This document shows positions 47,118-58,800 of a DNA stretch of 64,000 nucleotides, one piece after another. The DNA is from an uncultured Fibrobacteria bacterium. Its GTDB lineage: Bacteria; Fibrobacterota; Fibrobacteria; UBA11236. Positions within the stretch are counted from its first letter, which is position 1; each line of letters starts with the position of its first letter. The DNA lies in contig OY970309.1 of the NCBI GenBank assembly GCA_963716395.1, positions 224,001-288,000 of the forward strand. Reading direction: 5' to 3'. A model generated the notes under the pieces. The model made no database searches. It saw only the letters and a program-made list of their open reading frames with translations, and was not told where the DNA came from. A program made the position numbers and the translations under genes.

Positions 47118-48251
47118 TCAAGGCGACGACGGCGGCGATCCCAGGTGGCGGAAGGATAGTGCCACTTGCACGCCCCCGCCGAGATAGGCAACGCCCGCGA
47201 ACTCGGCCGACAACGCATACCCGCTGATTTCCAGCGGATGTCGTTTCCCCAACAACCGCTCCCCGCCGCATTCCCAGCGCGCCGTGTATCCCGCGTGATC
47301 GCCGGCCACCTCGTACAGCGCCTCGACGCGCAGGCCGGTCCACAGGCGCGTGCGCCCTTGCCAGGGTCGCCAGCGGAGATCGCCCCAAAGCCGCTGCAGG
47401 TTGTCATCGTCAGGCGCCGTTTGCGGAGGAACGTCCAGCCGCAAGGGGCGGTTCTCATCCGACCATTTCCAGGCCGCGCCGATACCCGCATCGAGCGCAT
47501 GATGCGGACCCGTGCCCTCGACGTCGTACTCGCCGTCGAGCATAGGACCTTCCTGATGGGCCGTACTTTTGTCCTGGGTTTCTTCGCCGTTGAAGAGAAA
47601 GAACCGCAGACGCGCCTGGTGTTCAACGCTGTCGGTTGTGAAGCGGTAAAGAGTTTGCAACGAAATGAAGGCGGCGGGAGAGAAGGCCACCGTGTCGAAA
47701 ACATGCATGGTTCCGGGCCGGTAAAAATCCGCGCCGACTTCGAGGTGGCCCGAAAACCAGGGCAGACGCAACAGCATCCCCAGCAGGCCGGAGGGCACGG
47801 CCAGAAAGGCGGGATCGGGCAGCGGAGAATACCCGTTCAAGGCGTTGGAGAGCGGCAGCGAATCGGAAAGGGCCAACACCGTATGGCCCAAGGCATAATT
47901 GCCGGCGGCCATGAGATACAAAAGGTCCGGCAACACTTCGCCCACGGCCGCGAGCTTGAGGCTGCCGTCTTCCCGATACGGCTGCGACAGCCCCGCGATT
48001 TGCGTCTCGGCGGCGCGAAAACCCAGGTGCAGCCACAAATACCGGCTGGCCTGCACGGTGAAAGACTGGTAGGTAATCCACTGGTATTCGCTGGCCGATC
48101 CCGTGTCGGGTTGGTCGCCGTAAAGACTCTCTGCGGTGCGCAACGTCCACGGCATCACCTCCGGGGTTTGGTTCCCGAGGCTTTGCGCCGAGGCCGGGAC
48201 CGCCTCAAGGACCCAGGCGATCAGGGCGGCACAGATAGCAACCGCTCGCAT
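47118..48251 (-). CDS. hypothetical outer-membrane beta-barrel protein
   Basis: Signal peptide and alternating aromatic/polar strands. Confidence 0.6.
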   Translation of the reverse strand: MRAVAICAALIAWVLEAVPASAQSLGNQTPEVMPWTLRTAESLYGDQPDTGSASEYQWITYQSFTVQASRYLWLHLGFRAAETQIAGLSQPYREDGSLKLAAVGEVLPDLLYLMAAGNYALGHTVLALSDSLPLSNALNGYSPLPDPAFLAVPSGLLGMLLRLPWFSGHLEVGADFYRPGTMHVFDTVAFSPAAFISLQTLYRFTTDSVEHQARLRFFLFNGEETQDKSTAHQEGPMLDGEYDVEGTGPHHALDAGIGAAWKWSDENRPLRLDVPPQTAPDDDNLQRLWGDLRWRPWQGRTRLWTGLRVEALYEVAGDHAGYTARWECGGERLLGKRHPLEISGYALSAEFAGVAYLGGGVQVALSFRHLGSPPSSP

Positions 48252-49884
48252 GTCTTCCCGTCTCCGGCGCCAGTCCCAACGGGGGCCAATCCGGTTCTGC
48301 GTTCAAGTCTCCGGGCGCCGCCCCGATTTCCGACAGCGTCTCCCGCATGTATTCCTGCACCCCGGGCGCAAACGTGGGGATGGAATGTCCCGCCCTGCGG
48401 CGCCGGGCCAGAAATTCCGTTACGCCGTTTTGATCGTCGTGTGGTGCGGCCCGATTTAAACGCGCGGCGATGGCGTTGCTTTGTTCCAAAGTCAGCGTCC
48501 CCGATTGCAGCGCGAAGCCGCGCGTTTCGGCCCACGCGCCGTCCTGCAACACCCAGGGCTCTTCCGAACTGAGCACCGGCAGCGCCAGCAAGGTGCCTTG
48601 CGGCAATTCCACCCTCGTCCAATCGCCGGTATGCTGAAGCCAAAGCAAAGCAGGGCGGCCCCGCAGCACGCAGGAAGGCGTGAGCATCAGGGCGTCGCCA
48701 TGTGCCGACAACAGCGCCGCCGCGGGCCAAAAGGCTCCGGAGTCGGCCACCGCCAAGGCGGCGATCCCCTGCCACACCGCCGCGTTGCTGTCGAGGCCGG
48801 AAGCGCGGCCGAACCCGCTCCACAAAAGCCGGCTCGAATCGAGGGCCGCGATTTGGGCCAGGGTTTGAATCACCAACAGTCCGCTGTCGCGCGCCGCCAG
48901 TTTCGCCAGCGTGGTGCACAGGGGATGTGCCGGCGGCAATTGCAGCACGCCCGCGGCGCGGCCGGCCGCGAAGTCGGAGGAATCGAGTGCCGCCAGCCGG
49001 CCCAGCGCCCGCCACACCCGCCCGGCCGAATCCATCGCCCCGAGACGGGCCGTGGTCTTCCACAGCGCGCTGCCGAGCCTGGCATACACCCTGGATTTTG
49101 GTGGGGCGGCGAACCCGGCGGTGTCGCGGCGGCGCATCACACCCAGTTCGCCCCGGTTCAGGCGCAACACGCCCGGCAGCAAATAGGTATAACTGGAATG
49201 CGGATACAGAAAGAAGTCGTAGGCGCCGATGCCGGCCGCGGCCGGCGCGGGCATGTCTCCGGTTTGCAGGGTGCCGCCCAGGGGAAGGGCGGAAATCGTC
49301 CCCCGCGCCGTAATCGCATCGCCGCGCAGAAGTCGCGCCGGACGCGCGGACCGAAACAGGGTCAAGGCCGGACCGGCGGCGGCGGGAGTAGTGTCGCCCA
49401 ACAGCAGAGCGTGTAACCGGTCGGTCAACACGGTTTGAAGATCCGCCGGGCGGTCCAGCAGATCGGCCACGAATGCTGCGCTGTCGGCGGCCGCAGGAAC
49501 GCCTTGGTCCAGGTTCCACGAAACGAAACGGCAGACCAACGACGCGTCGTCGTCAAAAGCGTTCTCTTCGCGGCATTGCACGGTCAAACCGAAGCGAATC
49601 AGACCGCCGGAAAGGCGGCGCCCCAGCGCCTCAGGCATCGTTCCGGAGGCCAGGGCCCGATCCAGTTCCGCGCCGTGCGGCGTGCGCAGATCATAGACCA
49701 AAAACGCGCTGTCGGAGGCGAGGTTTTTTCCGAGATCGCGCGCCCAGGCTTCGCGGTCGGCCGAATCGAGATGGGGAACCTGCACCTGGAGAAGGGCCAC
49801 CGGCAGACGCGGGACCGATAACGCCGCCATCGCCGCCACCGGCGCCAGCCACGCCGAAAGCATCCCGCCGGAAAAAACGCGCAC
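48205..49884 (-). CDS. hypothetical exported protein with FecR-like segments and internal 16-aa repeats
   Basis: Signal peptide; LRLNRGEL...LTPSCVLRG...VELPQG flank the W-x2-L-x2-LAALDS repeats. Confidence 0.6.
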   Translation of the reverse strand: MRVFSGGMLSAWLAPVAAMAALSVPRLPVALLQVQVPHLDSADREAWARDLGKNLASDSAFLVYDLRTPHGAELDRALASGTMPEALGRRLSGGLIRFGLTVQCREENAFDDDASLVCRFVSWNLDQGVPAAADSAAFVADLLDRPADLQTVLTDRLHALLLGDTTPAAAGPALTLFRSARPARLLRGDAITARGTISALPLGGTLQTGDMPAPAAAGIGAYDFFLYPHSSYTYLLPGVLRLNRGELGVMRRRDTAGFAAPPKSRVYARLGSALWKTTARLGAMDSAGRVWRALGRLAALDSSDFAAGRAAGVLQLPPAHPLCTTLAKLAARDSGLLVIQTLAQIAALDSSRLLWSGFGRASGLDSNAAVWQGIAALAVADSGAFWPAAALLSAHGDALMLTPSCVLRGRPALLWLQHTGDWTRVELPQGTLLALPVLSSEEPWVLQDGAWAETRGFALQSGTLTLEQSNAIAARLNRAAPHDDQNGVTEFLARRRRAGHSIPTFAPGVQEYMRETLSEIGAAPGDLNAEPDWPPLGLAPETGRHASGCYLCRPDRLGP

Positions 49885-49968
49885 GCCCCATTATATCCAA
49901 AGCACGGGGCAAAACCCAAAAGCGTGGCGGATCCAAAGGATTCGAATCCGCGCCGGGGCGCGGACGAT

Positions 49969-50781
49969 TCAAGCCGAAAGTTCGCGCGAGCGAATCGCGG
50001 CCGCTTCCACGGCACGCGCCAGCGTCTCGGCGAAGCCTTGTTCCTGCAGCACGCGCAGCGCCTGCAAGGTCGTGCCGCCGGGCGAACACACGCGTTCGGT
50101 CCAGACCCCGGGCGCTTCGCCCGACTGCTCCAGCAAGGCCAAGCTGCCCTTCGCGGTTTGCAGCGCCAATCGGTACGCGGTATCGCGGGCAAGCCCGGCG
50201 CGCGTTCCGGCCGAGGTCAGGGCCTCGATGAATTCGAACACATACATGGGCCCGCTGCCCGACAGCCCGGTCACCGCATCGAGTTCCGCTTCGGCCGCGC
50301 GCACGGTGATGCCGCTGGCGCCGAACAAGGTTTCGGCCAGGCCCAGCGCGTCTGCGGAGCTTCCGTCCACAGCCAGGGCCGTGGCGCCGGCGCCCACCGA
50401 CAGACCGAGATTGGGCATGACCCGCACCACGGCGCGGCCGGGAAAAACGCGCCGCAGATTTTCCAATTTGATTCCCGCCATGACGCTCATCACAATTTGA
50501 TGCTTGGGGGCCGCCCAGCCGGCGCGCCAGCGTTCAGACTCGGCCCGGAACACTTGGGGTTTCACGGCCAAGACCACGGTGTCGCAGGCCGCCAGCAAGG
50601 CCTGGGGATCGGCGACGGCCTCTGCACCGGCTTCGACCAGGGGCCGCACCCGGTCGGGATTCGGATCCTGAACGCGCAACGCCGCCGGCTCGACCAGCCG
50701 CGCGCGCAAGGCCCCGCGCGCCACGGCGCCGCCCATATTGCCGCAGCCCAGCACGCCCAAAAGTCCGAAGGATTTAGCCAT
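49969..50781 (-). CDS. proC: pyrroline-5-carboxylate reductase
   Basis: [30 protein letters not shown]. Confidence 0.95.
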   Translation of the reverse strand: MAKSFGLLGVLGCGNMGGAVARGALRARLVEPAALRVQDPNPDRVRPLVEAGAEAVADPQALLAACDTVVLAVKPQVFRAESERWRAGWAAPKHQIVMSVMAGIKLENLRRVFPGRAVVRVMPNLGLSVGAGATALAVDGSSADALGLAETLFGASGITVRAAEAELDAVTGLSGSGPMYVFEFIEALTSAGTRAGLARDTAYRLALQTAKGSLALLEQSGEAPGVWTERVCSPGGTTLQALRVLQEQGFAETLARAVEAAAIRSRELSA

Positions 50782-52243
50782 TCATTGAATCCAGGAATTC
50801 CTTGTTGTTCGCGGTGCCGCGCAATTTTTCCGCCAGGAATTCCATGATTTCCACGGGCGATAGATCCTGCAAATAGCGGCGCAGAATCCACACGCGCCGC
50901 AAATCGTCGGGATGCAGCAGCAATTCCTCTTTGCGCGTGCCCGACTTGAACACATCGATGGCGGGCCAGATGCGTTTCTCGGCGATGCGGCGGTCGAGAA
51001 TGAGTTCCATGTTGCCCGTGCCTTTGAATTCTTCGAAGATGACCTCGTCCATGCGGCTGCCGGTTTCGACCAGGGCCGAAGCGATGATGGTGAGCGAGCC
51101 GCCGTCTTCGATGTTGCGGGCCGAGCCGAAAAAGCGCTTGGGCTTCTGCAGCGCCATGGCGTCGACGCCGCCCGACAGGATTTTGCCCGAATGCGGAATC
51201 ACCACGTTGTGGGCCCGCGCCAGGCGCGTGATCGAGTCGAGCAGAATGGCCACGTGCTGGCCGTGCTCCACCAGCCGCCGCGCCTTCTCGATCACCATGT
51301 TGGCCACCTGGATGTGGCGCTCGGGCGGTTCGTCGAAGGTCGAGCTGAACACCTCGGCCGGCACGTTGCGGCGCATGTCGGTCACTTCTTCGGGCCGCTC
51401 GTCGATGAGCAACACCATCAGCCGCACCTCGGGATGGTTCTTGACGATGGCATTGGCGATGTTCTGCAGCAGAATGGTTTTGCCCGCGCGCGGGGGCGAC
51501 ACGATCAGGCCGCGCTGGCCCTTGCCCACGGGCGTGAACAGGTTCATGATGCGCGTGCTGATTTCCTTGTCATCATACTCCATGTTCAGCGCCCGGTCGG
51601 GATGCAGCGGCGTCAGGTTGTCGAACGAGACCCGGTCTTTGCACTTCTCGGGCGCGTCGCCGTTCACCCTCTGGATGCGCAAGAGGGCGAAGTATTTCTC
51701 GTTTTCCTTGGGTGCGCGCACCATGCCGGTGAGCGTGTCGCCGGTGTTGAGGCCGAAGCGCTTGATCTGGGTCGACGACACGTACACGTCGTCGGGACCC
51801 GCGACGTAGGAGTGGTCGGGAGAACGCAGAAAGCCGTAACCCTCGTCGAGCACTTCCAGCACGCCTTCGGCGTAGATGTTGGCGTTTTCGCCCGACTCTT
51901 TCTCGAGAATGGCGAAGATCAGTGCCTGCTTGCGCAGCACGCGCGGATCGGCCAGGCCGACCTGAAGACCCAGGTTGATGAGGTCTTTCATGTTCAGCTT
52001 CTTCAATTCGTTCCAGCGGTTCTTCGCCTCTTGCAGGGTTTTGCCGGCGGACTCCTGGGTTTCGGGAAGATCGTCGTCTTCTTCGGGAGCCGGCGATGGG
52101 GGTATCACGGCTGTGACGGGGCGATACGCCGGAGCCGTTTCGGCGGCGGGCGGCGCCGAGTGGGTTTCGACCGAACCCTGGGTTTCTTCGTCCTTGGGTT
52201 TGTCGGTCACTTTTCTCAGGGTTGCTCGAGGGCGTCCAACCAA
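50774..52243 (-). CDS. rho: transcription termination factor Rho
   Basis: [49 protein letters not shown]; AAGGAG RBS and TTG start. Confidence 0.97.
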   Translation of the reverse strand: MVGRPRATLRKVTDKPKDEETQGSVETHSAPPAAETAPAYRPVTAVIPPSPAPEEDDDLPETQESAGKTLQEAKNRWNELKKLNMKDLINLGLQVGLADPRVLRKQALIFAILEKESGENANIYAEGVLEVLDEGYGFLRSPDHSYVAGPDDVYVSSTQIKRFGLNTGDTLTGMVRAPKENEKYFALLRIQRVNGDAPEKCKDRVSFDNLTPLHPDRALNMEYDDKEISTRIMNLFTPVGKGQRGLIVSPPRAGKTILLQNIANAIVKNHPEVRLMVLLIDERPEEVTDMRRNVPAEVFSSTFDEPPERHIQVANMVIEKARRLVEHGQHVAILLDSITRLARAHNVVIPHSGKILSGGVDAMALQKPKRFFGSARNIEDGGSLTIIASALVETGSRMDEVIFEEFKGTGNMELILDRRIAEKRIWPAIDVFKSGTRKEELLLHPDDLRRVWILRRYLQDLSPVEIMEFLAEKLRGTANNKEFLDSMNG

Positions 52244-52421
52244 AGCGGATCTCCTTTAGCGAGGGAAAGGAAGGCGGAAAAAATTTTGGTTATGAAGTTT
52301 TTGGTTTGGTGCGGCTCGGTTCTAGGAGCGACACTCATCGACAATAACCGGAACCGCGACAGAGATATAATAAAACCGCCCGGCCGGGGCGGCAAGGGGC
52401 TTTTCTACTTTGACCGCTTGC

Positions 52422-53594
52422 ATGAACGCCCGCGCGAAAACGGTGTGGCTGGCCTTGGGCAGCAATGTGGGCGACCGCGCCGGGTATTTGCGCAAAGCCT
52501 TGGAAGCGTTGCGTGAGATTGCGGAAAGCCCGTTAACCGCCTCGAAAATCTACGAAACCCCGGCGGTCGGGCCGGGTGATCAGGAAAAATACCTCAACCT
52601 GTGCGTGCGCTTCGTCACGGTGCTGGGACCGCGCCAATTGCTGGAGTTCGGTCGCGATACCGAGAACCGGCTGGGCCGGGTGGCCCGCGGCCATTGGGCT
52701 CCCCGCGAAATCGACCTCGATATCCTCTGTTACGATCGCGACGTCGTGCAGCAAGAGGACTTGGTGTTGCCGCATCCCGGCATCGCCCAGCGGCAATTCG
52801 TGCTGGTACCTTTGGCTGAAATCGATCCGGGGTTGGTGCTGCCGGGTTTTCACGATTCGGTGGCCCGGCTGCTGCAGAAATTGCGCGCCGCCGAAGGCGC
52901 CCAGGATATCCGCGAATACCGCATGACGCCGCCGAGCGCCGCCACCTTGCCCGATCGCTTGCGCTATGTGGCCGTCGAAGGGGTGCTGGGAGCGGGCAAA
53001 ACTTCCTTGGTCAAAATGCTGTGCGAACGTACGGCCGCCTTGCCGCTGTTCGAAGAATTCGAGAGCAACCCCTTTCTAGCCGATTTCTACCGCGACCGCC
53101 ACCGTTTCGCCTTTCAAACCCAGGTCTTTTTTCTCCTGTCGCGCTTTCGCCAAATCCAGGAGCATTTCCAGCAACTCGACCTGTTCCGGCCGCAAGTGGT
53201 CAGCGATTACATGTTCGCCAAGGACAAAATCTTCGCCACGCTCAACCTCGATGAAAACGAGATCGCCCTGTACCAGCGGCTATCCGGCGTGTTGGAAGCC
53301 CAATTGCCGCGACCCGACTACGTGATTTACCTGCAAGCTGACACCAAAACGCTGCTGCAACGCATTCGCCAGCGCGATCGCGATTACGAGCGCGACATGC
53401 CCGAGGCCTACGTCGAAGCCCTGAACCGGGCCTACAACACCTATTTCCACTACTACGGCGATTCGCCGCTGCTCATCGTAAACACCAACCATATCGACTT
53501 TGTGCGCGCACCCGACGATTTGAACCTGCTGGTCGATCAAATTCTCAAAGCGCCCGACGGCGTCACTTATTTCTCTCCGGCCGCGCAACATTAA
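52422..53594 (+). CDS. folK: FolK (HPPK) fused to deoxynucleoside kinase
   Basis: LALGSNVGDR, PREIDLDIL, LPHP; then VEGVLGAGKTSL, NPFL, FQTQVFFL. Confidence 0.92.
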   Translation: MNARAKTVWLALGSNVGDRAGYLRKALEALREIAESPLTASKIYETPAVGPGDQEKYLNLCVRFVTVLGPRQLLEFGRDTENRLGRVARGHWAPREIDLDILCYDRDVVQQEDLVLPHPGIAQRQFVLVPLAEIDPGLVLPGFHDSVARLLQKLRAAEGAQDIREYRMTPPSAATLPDRLRYVAVEGVLGAGKTSLVKMLCERTAALPLFEEFESNPFLADFYRDRHRFAFQTQVFFLLSRFRQIQEHFQQLDLFRPQVVSDYMFAKDKIFATLNLDENEIALYQRLSGVLEAQLPRPDYVIYLQADTKTLLQRIRQRDRDYERDMPEAYVEALNRAYNTYFHYYGDSPLLIVNTNHIDFVRAPDDLNLLVDQILKAPDGVTYFSPAAQH

Positions 53595-53720
53595 AGCAAA
53601 GTCCCCGCCGATTTCCGTGATTTTGGGGCAACTTCGCCGGGGCTGTCCTTTCCACCCGGGACCGGCTATATTCCTCATTTCTCGTTACAACAAATAAATT
53701 ACCCCAGCCAAGGATTGCTT

Positions 53721-54611
53721 ATGTACGTCATCATCGGAGCCACAGGACATACCGGCGGCCGCATCGCGGAGCTTCTGCTCAAAGCCGGCAAAAAGGTGCG
53801 GGTCATCGGACGCGACACCACCCGTCTCAAACCCCTGGTCGATCGCGGCGCCGAAGCCGCCGTCGGCAATGCGGAAGACGCGGCTTTTCTGGCCAAAAGC
53901 TTTGCAGGCGCCACCGCGGCCTACATTTTGATTCCGCCTTTCCTGCAGGCGCCCGATTTGGCCGCTTATCAAAGTCGGGTGGGCGAAGCTCAAACCAAGG
54001 CCCTGCGCGAAGCGCGCGTGCCCTATGTCGTACATCTTTCCAGCATGGGCGCGCATACGCCGGTGGGCACCGGACCCGTGGCCGGCCTCTTCCACCAGGA
54101 GCGCCGCCTGAACCGGCTTCCCGACCAGCACGTATTGCATTTGCGTCCCACCTATTTCCTGGAAAACCTGCTGGGCAACATTCCCATGATCAAGGGCATG
54201 GGCATCAACGGCGGCGCGATCAAAGCCGATGGGGTGATGAATTACATCGCCACCCGCGACATCGGCGATTACGCGGCCCGGCGGCTGCTGGCGCTTGACT
54301 TCACCGGCAAAGACGTGCAGGAACTACTGGGTGCCCGGGACATGACGCCGCAGGAATTGACGTCCATCCTGGGCGCAGCCATCGGCAAGCCCGACCTGAA
54401 ATGGGTGCAATTCCCTTATGATGACGCCTACAAGGCCATGGTCGGTGCAGGCATCGGAGCCAGCATGGCGCAAAGCTTTGTGGAATTGAGCCGCTTTCTC
54501 AATGACGGCGGTTACAAAGTCGTGGTACGCGACAAGGAGAACACCACGCCCACCACCCCCGACCAATTCGCCCGCGAGGTGTTTGCGCCCGCCTATCAAG
54601 CCGCCGGGTAG
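53721..54611 (+). CDS. NmrA-family NAD(P)-binding protein
   Basis: GATGHTG, LSSMGA, LRPTYFLEN, IATRDIG. Confidence 0.88.
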   Translation: MYVIIGATGHTGGRIAELLLKAGKKVRVIGRDTTRLKPLVDRGAEAAVGNAEDAAFLAKSFAGATAAYILIPPFLQAPDLAAYQSRVGEAQTKALREARVPYVVHLSSMGAHTPVGTGPVAGLFHQERRLNRLPDQHVLHLRPTYFLENLLGNIPMIKGMGINGGAIKADGVMNYIATRDIGDYAARRLLALDFTGKDVQELLGARDMTPQELTSILGAAIGKPDLKWVQFPYDDAYKAMVGAGIGASMAQSFVELSRFLNDGGYKVVVRDKENTTPTTPDQFAREVFAPAYQAAG

Positions 54612-54626
54612 CTTAAATTTCCGACG

Positions 54627-55466
54627 ATGCGAATCGTCACCTCCACGGAGGAATTGCGGCGCTGGCGCGCCGGAATTCCGACCGGACAATCCGTGGGTTT
54701 CGTTCCCACCATGGGGGCCCTGCACGCCGGGCATGTGAAACTGATTGAGACCTGCCGCCGCGACAACGCCGTGGCCGTGGTGTCTATTTTTGTCAACCCT
54801 TTGCAATTCGGCGCAGGGGAAGACCTGGGGCGCTATCCGCGCCCGTTCGAGCGCGACCGGGAATTGTGCGCGCGGGCCGGGGTAGACGTACTCTTCGCCC
54901 CCGAAGCCGCCGCATTTTATGCCCCGGATCACGCCACCTTTTGCGAAGTCGAAGGCTTGGACCGGCATTTGTGCGGGGCTTCACGCCCCGGACATTTCCG
55001 CGGCGTGTGCACTGTGGTGCTCAAGCTGTTACACCTGGTGCAACCGAACATGGCCTATTTCGGCCGCAAAGACATACAGCAGGCGTTAATCCTGAAAAAA
55101 ATGACGGCCGATCTCTCGGTGGCCGTCGTCATGGTTCTGGTCGAAACCGTGCGTGAGGCGTCGGGGTTGGCCCTTTCGTCGCGCAATGCCTATCTCGGCG
55201 AAGACGAGAGAAAGCGGGCCGCCTCGATTTATCAAGGACTTATAAGCGCGCGCGACGCCTTTCACAACGGCGAATGCGATGCCGCCCGGCTCATCGCCAG
55301 GGTGCGCCAAACCATCGAGGCCTCGCAACCCACGCGTATCGACTATATCGAATTAGTCTCGCCGTCCAATTTGGAACCGCTCGCACAGGCCGAAAATTCG
55401 GACATTTTGGCCGCAGCGGTTTATTACGGCACAACCCGCCTGATCGACAATCTGGTTCTTTCTTAA
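54627..55466 (+). CDS. panC: pantoate--beta-alanine ligase
   Basis: PTMGALHAGH, SIFVNPLQF, RPGHFRGV, LALSSRN, RLIDN. Confidence 0.97.
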   Translation: MRIVTSTEELRRWRAGIPTGQSVGFVPTMGALHAGHVKLIETCRRDNAVAVVSIFVNPLQFGAGEDLGRYPRPFERDRELCARAGVDVLFAPEAAAFYAPDHATFCEVEGLDRHLCGASRPGHFRGVCTVVLKLLHLVQPNMAYFGRKDIQQALILKKMTADLSVAVVMVLVETVREASGLALSSRNAYLGEDERKRAASIYQGLISARDAFHNGECDAARLIARVRQTIEASQPTRIDYIELVSPSNLEPLAQAENSDILAAAVYYGTTRLIDNLVLS

Positions 55467-55807
55467 AAACAACGCGAAAATACCCTTTACACTTTTTCGA
55501 CTTCGAAACATTGAGATCTTTTTGACCACGTGGTTATGGAAACACCCGTTTCCAACCCATCAAATCGTCATCAAATGGCCAACGGTGATTTCGCTGATCC
55601 GAATTTTTCATCTGACTGTATATTTCTACCTAGAAATGAACCCATTTAGCCTAATCGGTAACGGCATGAGCGAGACATGAGCGGATATTTTCGACCACAG
55701 GATTTTTCCTGATTTTCGGGGATAAAATAAAGTTATCGACATACATCACCCCTTCGCGAGAAATTTGGCAGGTTGCCTGTCCCGGGCGCAAACATAAAGG
55801 ATAAACA

Positions 55808-58800
55808 ATGACAATCAAAAAATTCTTGGGCCTCGCGTTGCCCTTTGCTTTGTTGCTGGGAGCCGTAGACTCGGGATGGGCGCAAACGCCGCCGGCGACC
55901 TTGGTGCTTCCGGCCAAAGTTCGCGATATGCATGAATATGTTCAATATCCCAGTGCCACTGTTTACACGAATTACAGCAACGCGAATCCCGATTTCGAAA
56001 ACCCGGCTCTTGGTGTCTGCAACGATGTGGGTTATGTCGGGACGACCATCGATACCACCGGAAAATCCGATCCCACCTTTGCTCTCGATAATCGAAACCC
56101 CGTCAAGACTGCCAAGCTGAGCAGCTCTTCCGGTCAGCCTTGCTATACCAGTGTGGCCAATTTTCGCTCCTGGTTCAACGACAGCACATCGACGGATTAT
56201 AACCGCCCTTTCATCGACAGCTTGACCTTTACCTATAATGCGGGTGTATATCAATTCAACAGCCAAACAAATAATTTTTGGCCATTGGATCCCAGCGCTT
56301 TCAACGCCAATAACGGCCTGGGTTATCAGACCTACCCCATTCCCGGCGATAATGCAAACACTTACGGCATCTATCAGAATCCTCCTAAAACTATAATTGC
56401 AATTGCAGCACCACGCACAATTACGGCTTCACCACCGAATTCCACCGCTTTTTCACCTATGTGGCGGGCAGCGGCCAAAACTTCAGCTTCAGCGGCGACG
56501 ACGATGTCTGGGTTTTTATCAACGGCCAACTGGTAATCGATCTAGGCGGTATTCATCCCACGGAAACCAAGTCGATTAATCTGGACAACCTGGCGGCGAC
56601 CATCGGCTTGGCCAACAATAAGAGCTATATCCTCGATTTCTTCCTGGCCGAACGGTATATGGTTTCGTCGGATGCCCAAATCACCACCAGCATTCAACTG
56701 CTGCCGCATCCCAAGGCAGCCACGCCTACGGCCACGCCGCCGGGTGAAGTGTTCACCACGCCAACCCTGAACGTCGGCCTCAGCGACGTGACGCCCGGAG
56801 CGAAGATTTATTACACCCTCAACGGCACCACGCCCGACAGCACCAGTACCTTGTACACGGGTACACCCATCAGCCTTTCGACCACCACCACCATCGAAGC
56901 CATCGCCTATGCCACCGGCTATCAGACCAGCGACGTGATGACCGAGGTGTATACCAAGCAATTCACCGGCTTGTCGACGCTGCAAATTCTGGATCAAAAC
57001 GGCAACCCCATCACGGTCGGGTATTTGTCGCAGAACAATCCGCAGTACAAGATCAAACTGACGACCCAAGCCGGATTGACCACGGCCACGGCCGTCGCCA
57101 AAACCGCGACCGTGCCCACCGACAGCGAGAACGCGGTGATGGTAAATCCCGCCAATGCCGGCGGCAGTCTCATTTTCACGGATTCGCTGGGGTTGCTGCT
57201 GAACTCGCCCACGCGCGCCACCGTGAACGGTCGCACCGATGCGGCCTGGTGGGACAGCCTGGTGGTCACCTGGCATGATCCGCAGAACTCCAATGACAAT
57301 CCCACAGCCGGCATCCTGATCCGTCCTGCGCCGCAACAGGCCACGGCCCATTTCAGCACCACCAGCGGCGGCGCGGCCATCACCCAATTCACCGGCACCG
57401 AAACCACGATTTACTTCGTGGAAACCGATGAAGTGCTGCCCCCGGGCGTCACGCCCCAAGCCAGAATCGTCACCACTCCGCCAGGGCCGTCACACACCGC
57501 CGACACCTTGGTCGTCAACCTCACCTGCGCAAACGGCACCTGCACCGGCGCCATTCCGACCGATATCGGCCAACCCTCCAACACGACCGATACCACGTTG
57601 CAGGTTTGGGTGGGCGATCAAATCACCGGCACCTATGTCGATCCCAAAGACGGCGACCAGGCTGTGGCCCAGGCCGGTTTCGGCATTGCCGCCGAAGTGC
57701 CCGGCATTCTGGTGTTCACCGACAGCACCGGCGCGGCCTGGACAGGCGGCAATTACAGCCCGGCCAACGGCAAGCTGTATTTGACCTATACCGACGATCG
57801 CGCCGGGGCGATAGCCGGTGACTCCAAGGTCGTGACGCTCACCATCGTCAACAACGGCGGCAAATCGCTTCCCGATACCGAAACCGTGAACGTCACGCTG
57901 TCGGTGGCCGCCAGCACCGCCACCACCGGCGTATGGACGGGTTCGATTCCCCTCAAAGACGTGCCGCCCATCACGCCGCGTGACAACACGGCCGAAACTT
58001 ACGTGATCGGCGTGGTGACGGCCAAGGTCGCCACCCATGCCAGCACCGGCGCGGCCGACGGCAATGTGGCCACCGCCACGATCTCGGTGGCTTATCCCGA
58101 CGTCCCCGGAGGGATCACGGTCACCGACACCGCCGGCGACTCGACCATCACACGTTCGACCACGGGCATCGTGGTCACCGTGACCACCCAAAGCCTGTCT
58201 TCCGGCGCCGACACCATTTACGTCAACCTCGGTTGCACCAGCAGCGGCGACGTCTTGAACAACGTCATGCTCGTCGAGGTTTCGCCGGGCGTGTACCGCA
58301 GCCAGGTGATTCCCAAAGGCGAAGGCCCCGCCAACCCTGCGAACGATACACTGACCTGCAATTCCAGCGACGTCATTCACGTCACCTATGAGAACCCCGT
58401 GTATCCCAACGACGTCAAAACCAAAGACGTCCTGATTCAAGACCCCACACCCACCGTGCTGAGCTACGCCAATATCGCGGGTACGACCGTCACTCAAATC
58501 AGCGACGTGACCGATTCGAGCTTTGTCGTGGTGGTGACGGGATCGAATCCCAACATCAACGTCATCGACACGGTCGACGTCACCTTGGTGGTGCGCGAAA
58601 GCGGAACCGTGGTCGATCAGGAAACGGTGCGGGCCGTGGAAACCGGGCCCAATACCAGCACGTTCAAAGTCACGGTTCCCTTCCGCTTCATGACCTCGGG
58701 CAATCCCACCAACAATGACGGCGTGGTCGAAGGCCGGGTCAACACCGTCGGCATCACCAGCATGCTTGTTTCGGGAACCGTGACCACCTGGAACGGCCGT

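Noticed and set aside
47057-47704. N-terminal extension of the GGDEF ORF
   Set aside because: Overlaps the 47118-48251 gene in another frame and has non-protein-like composition.
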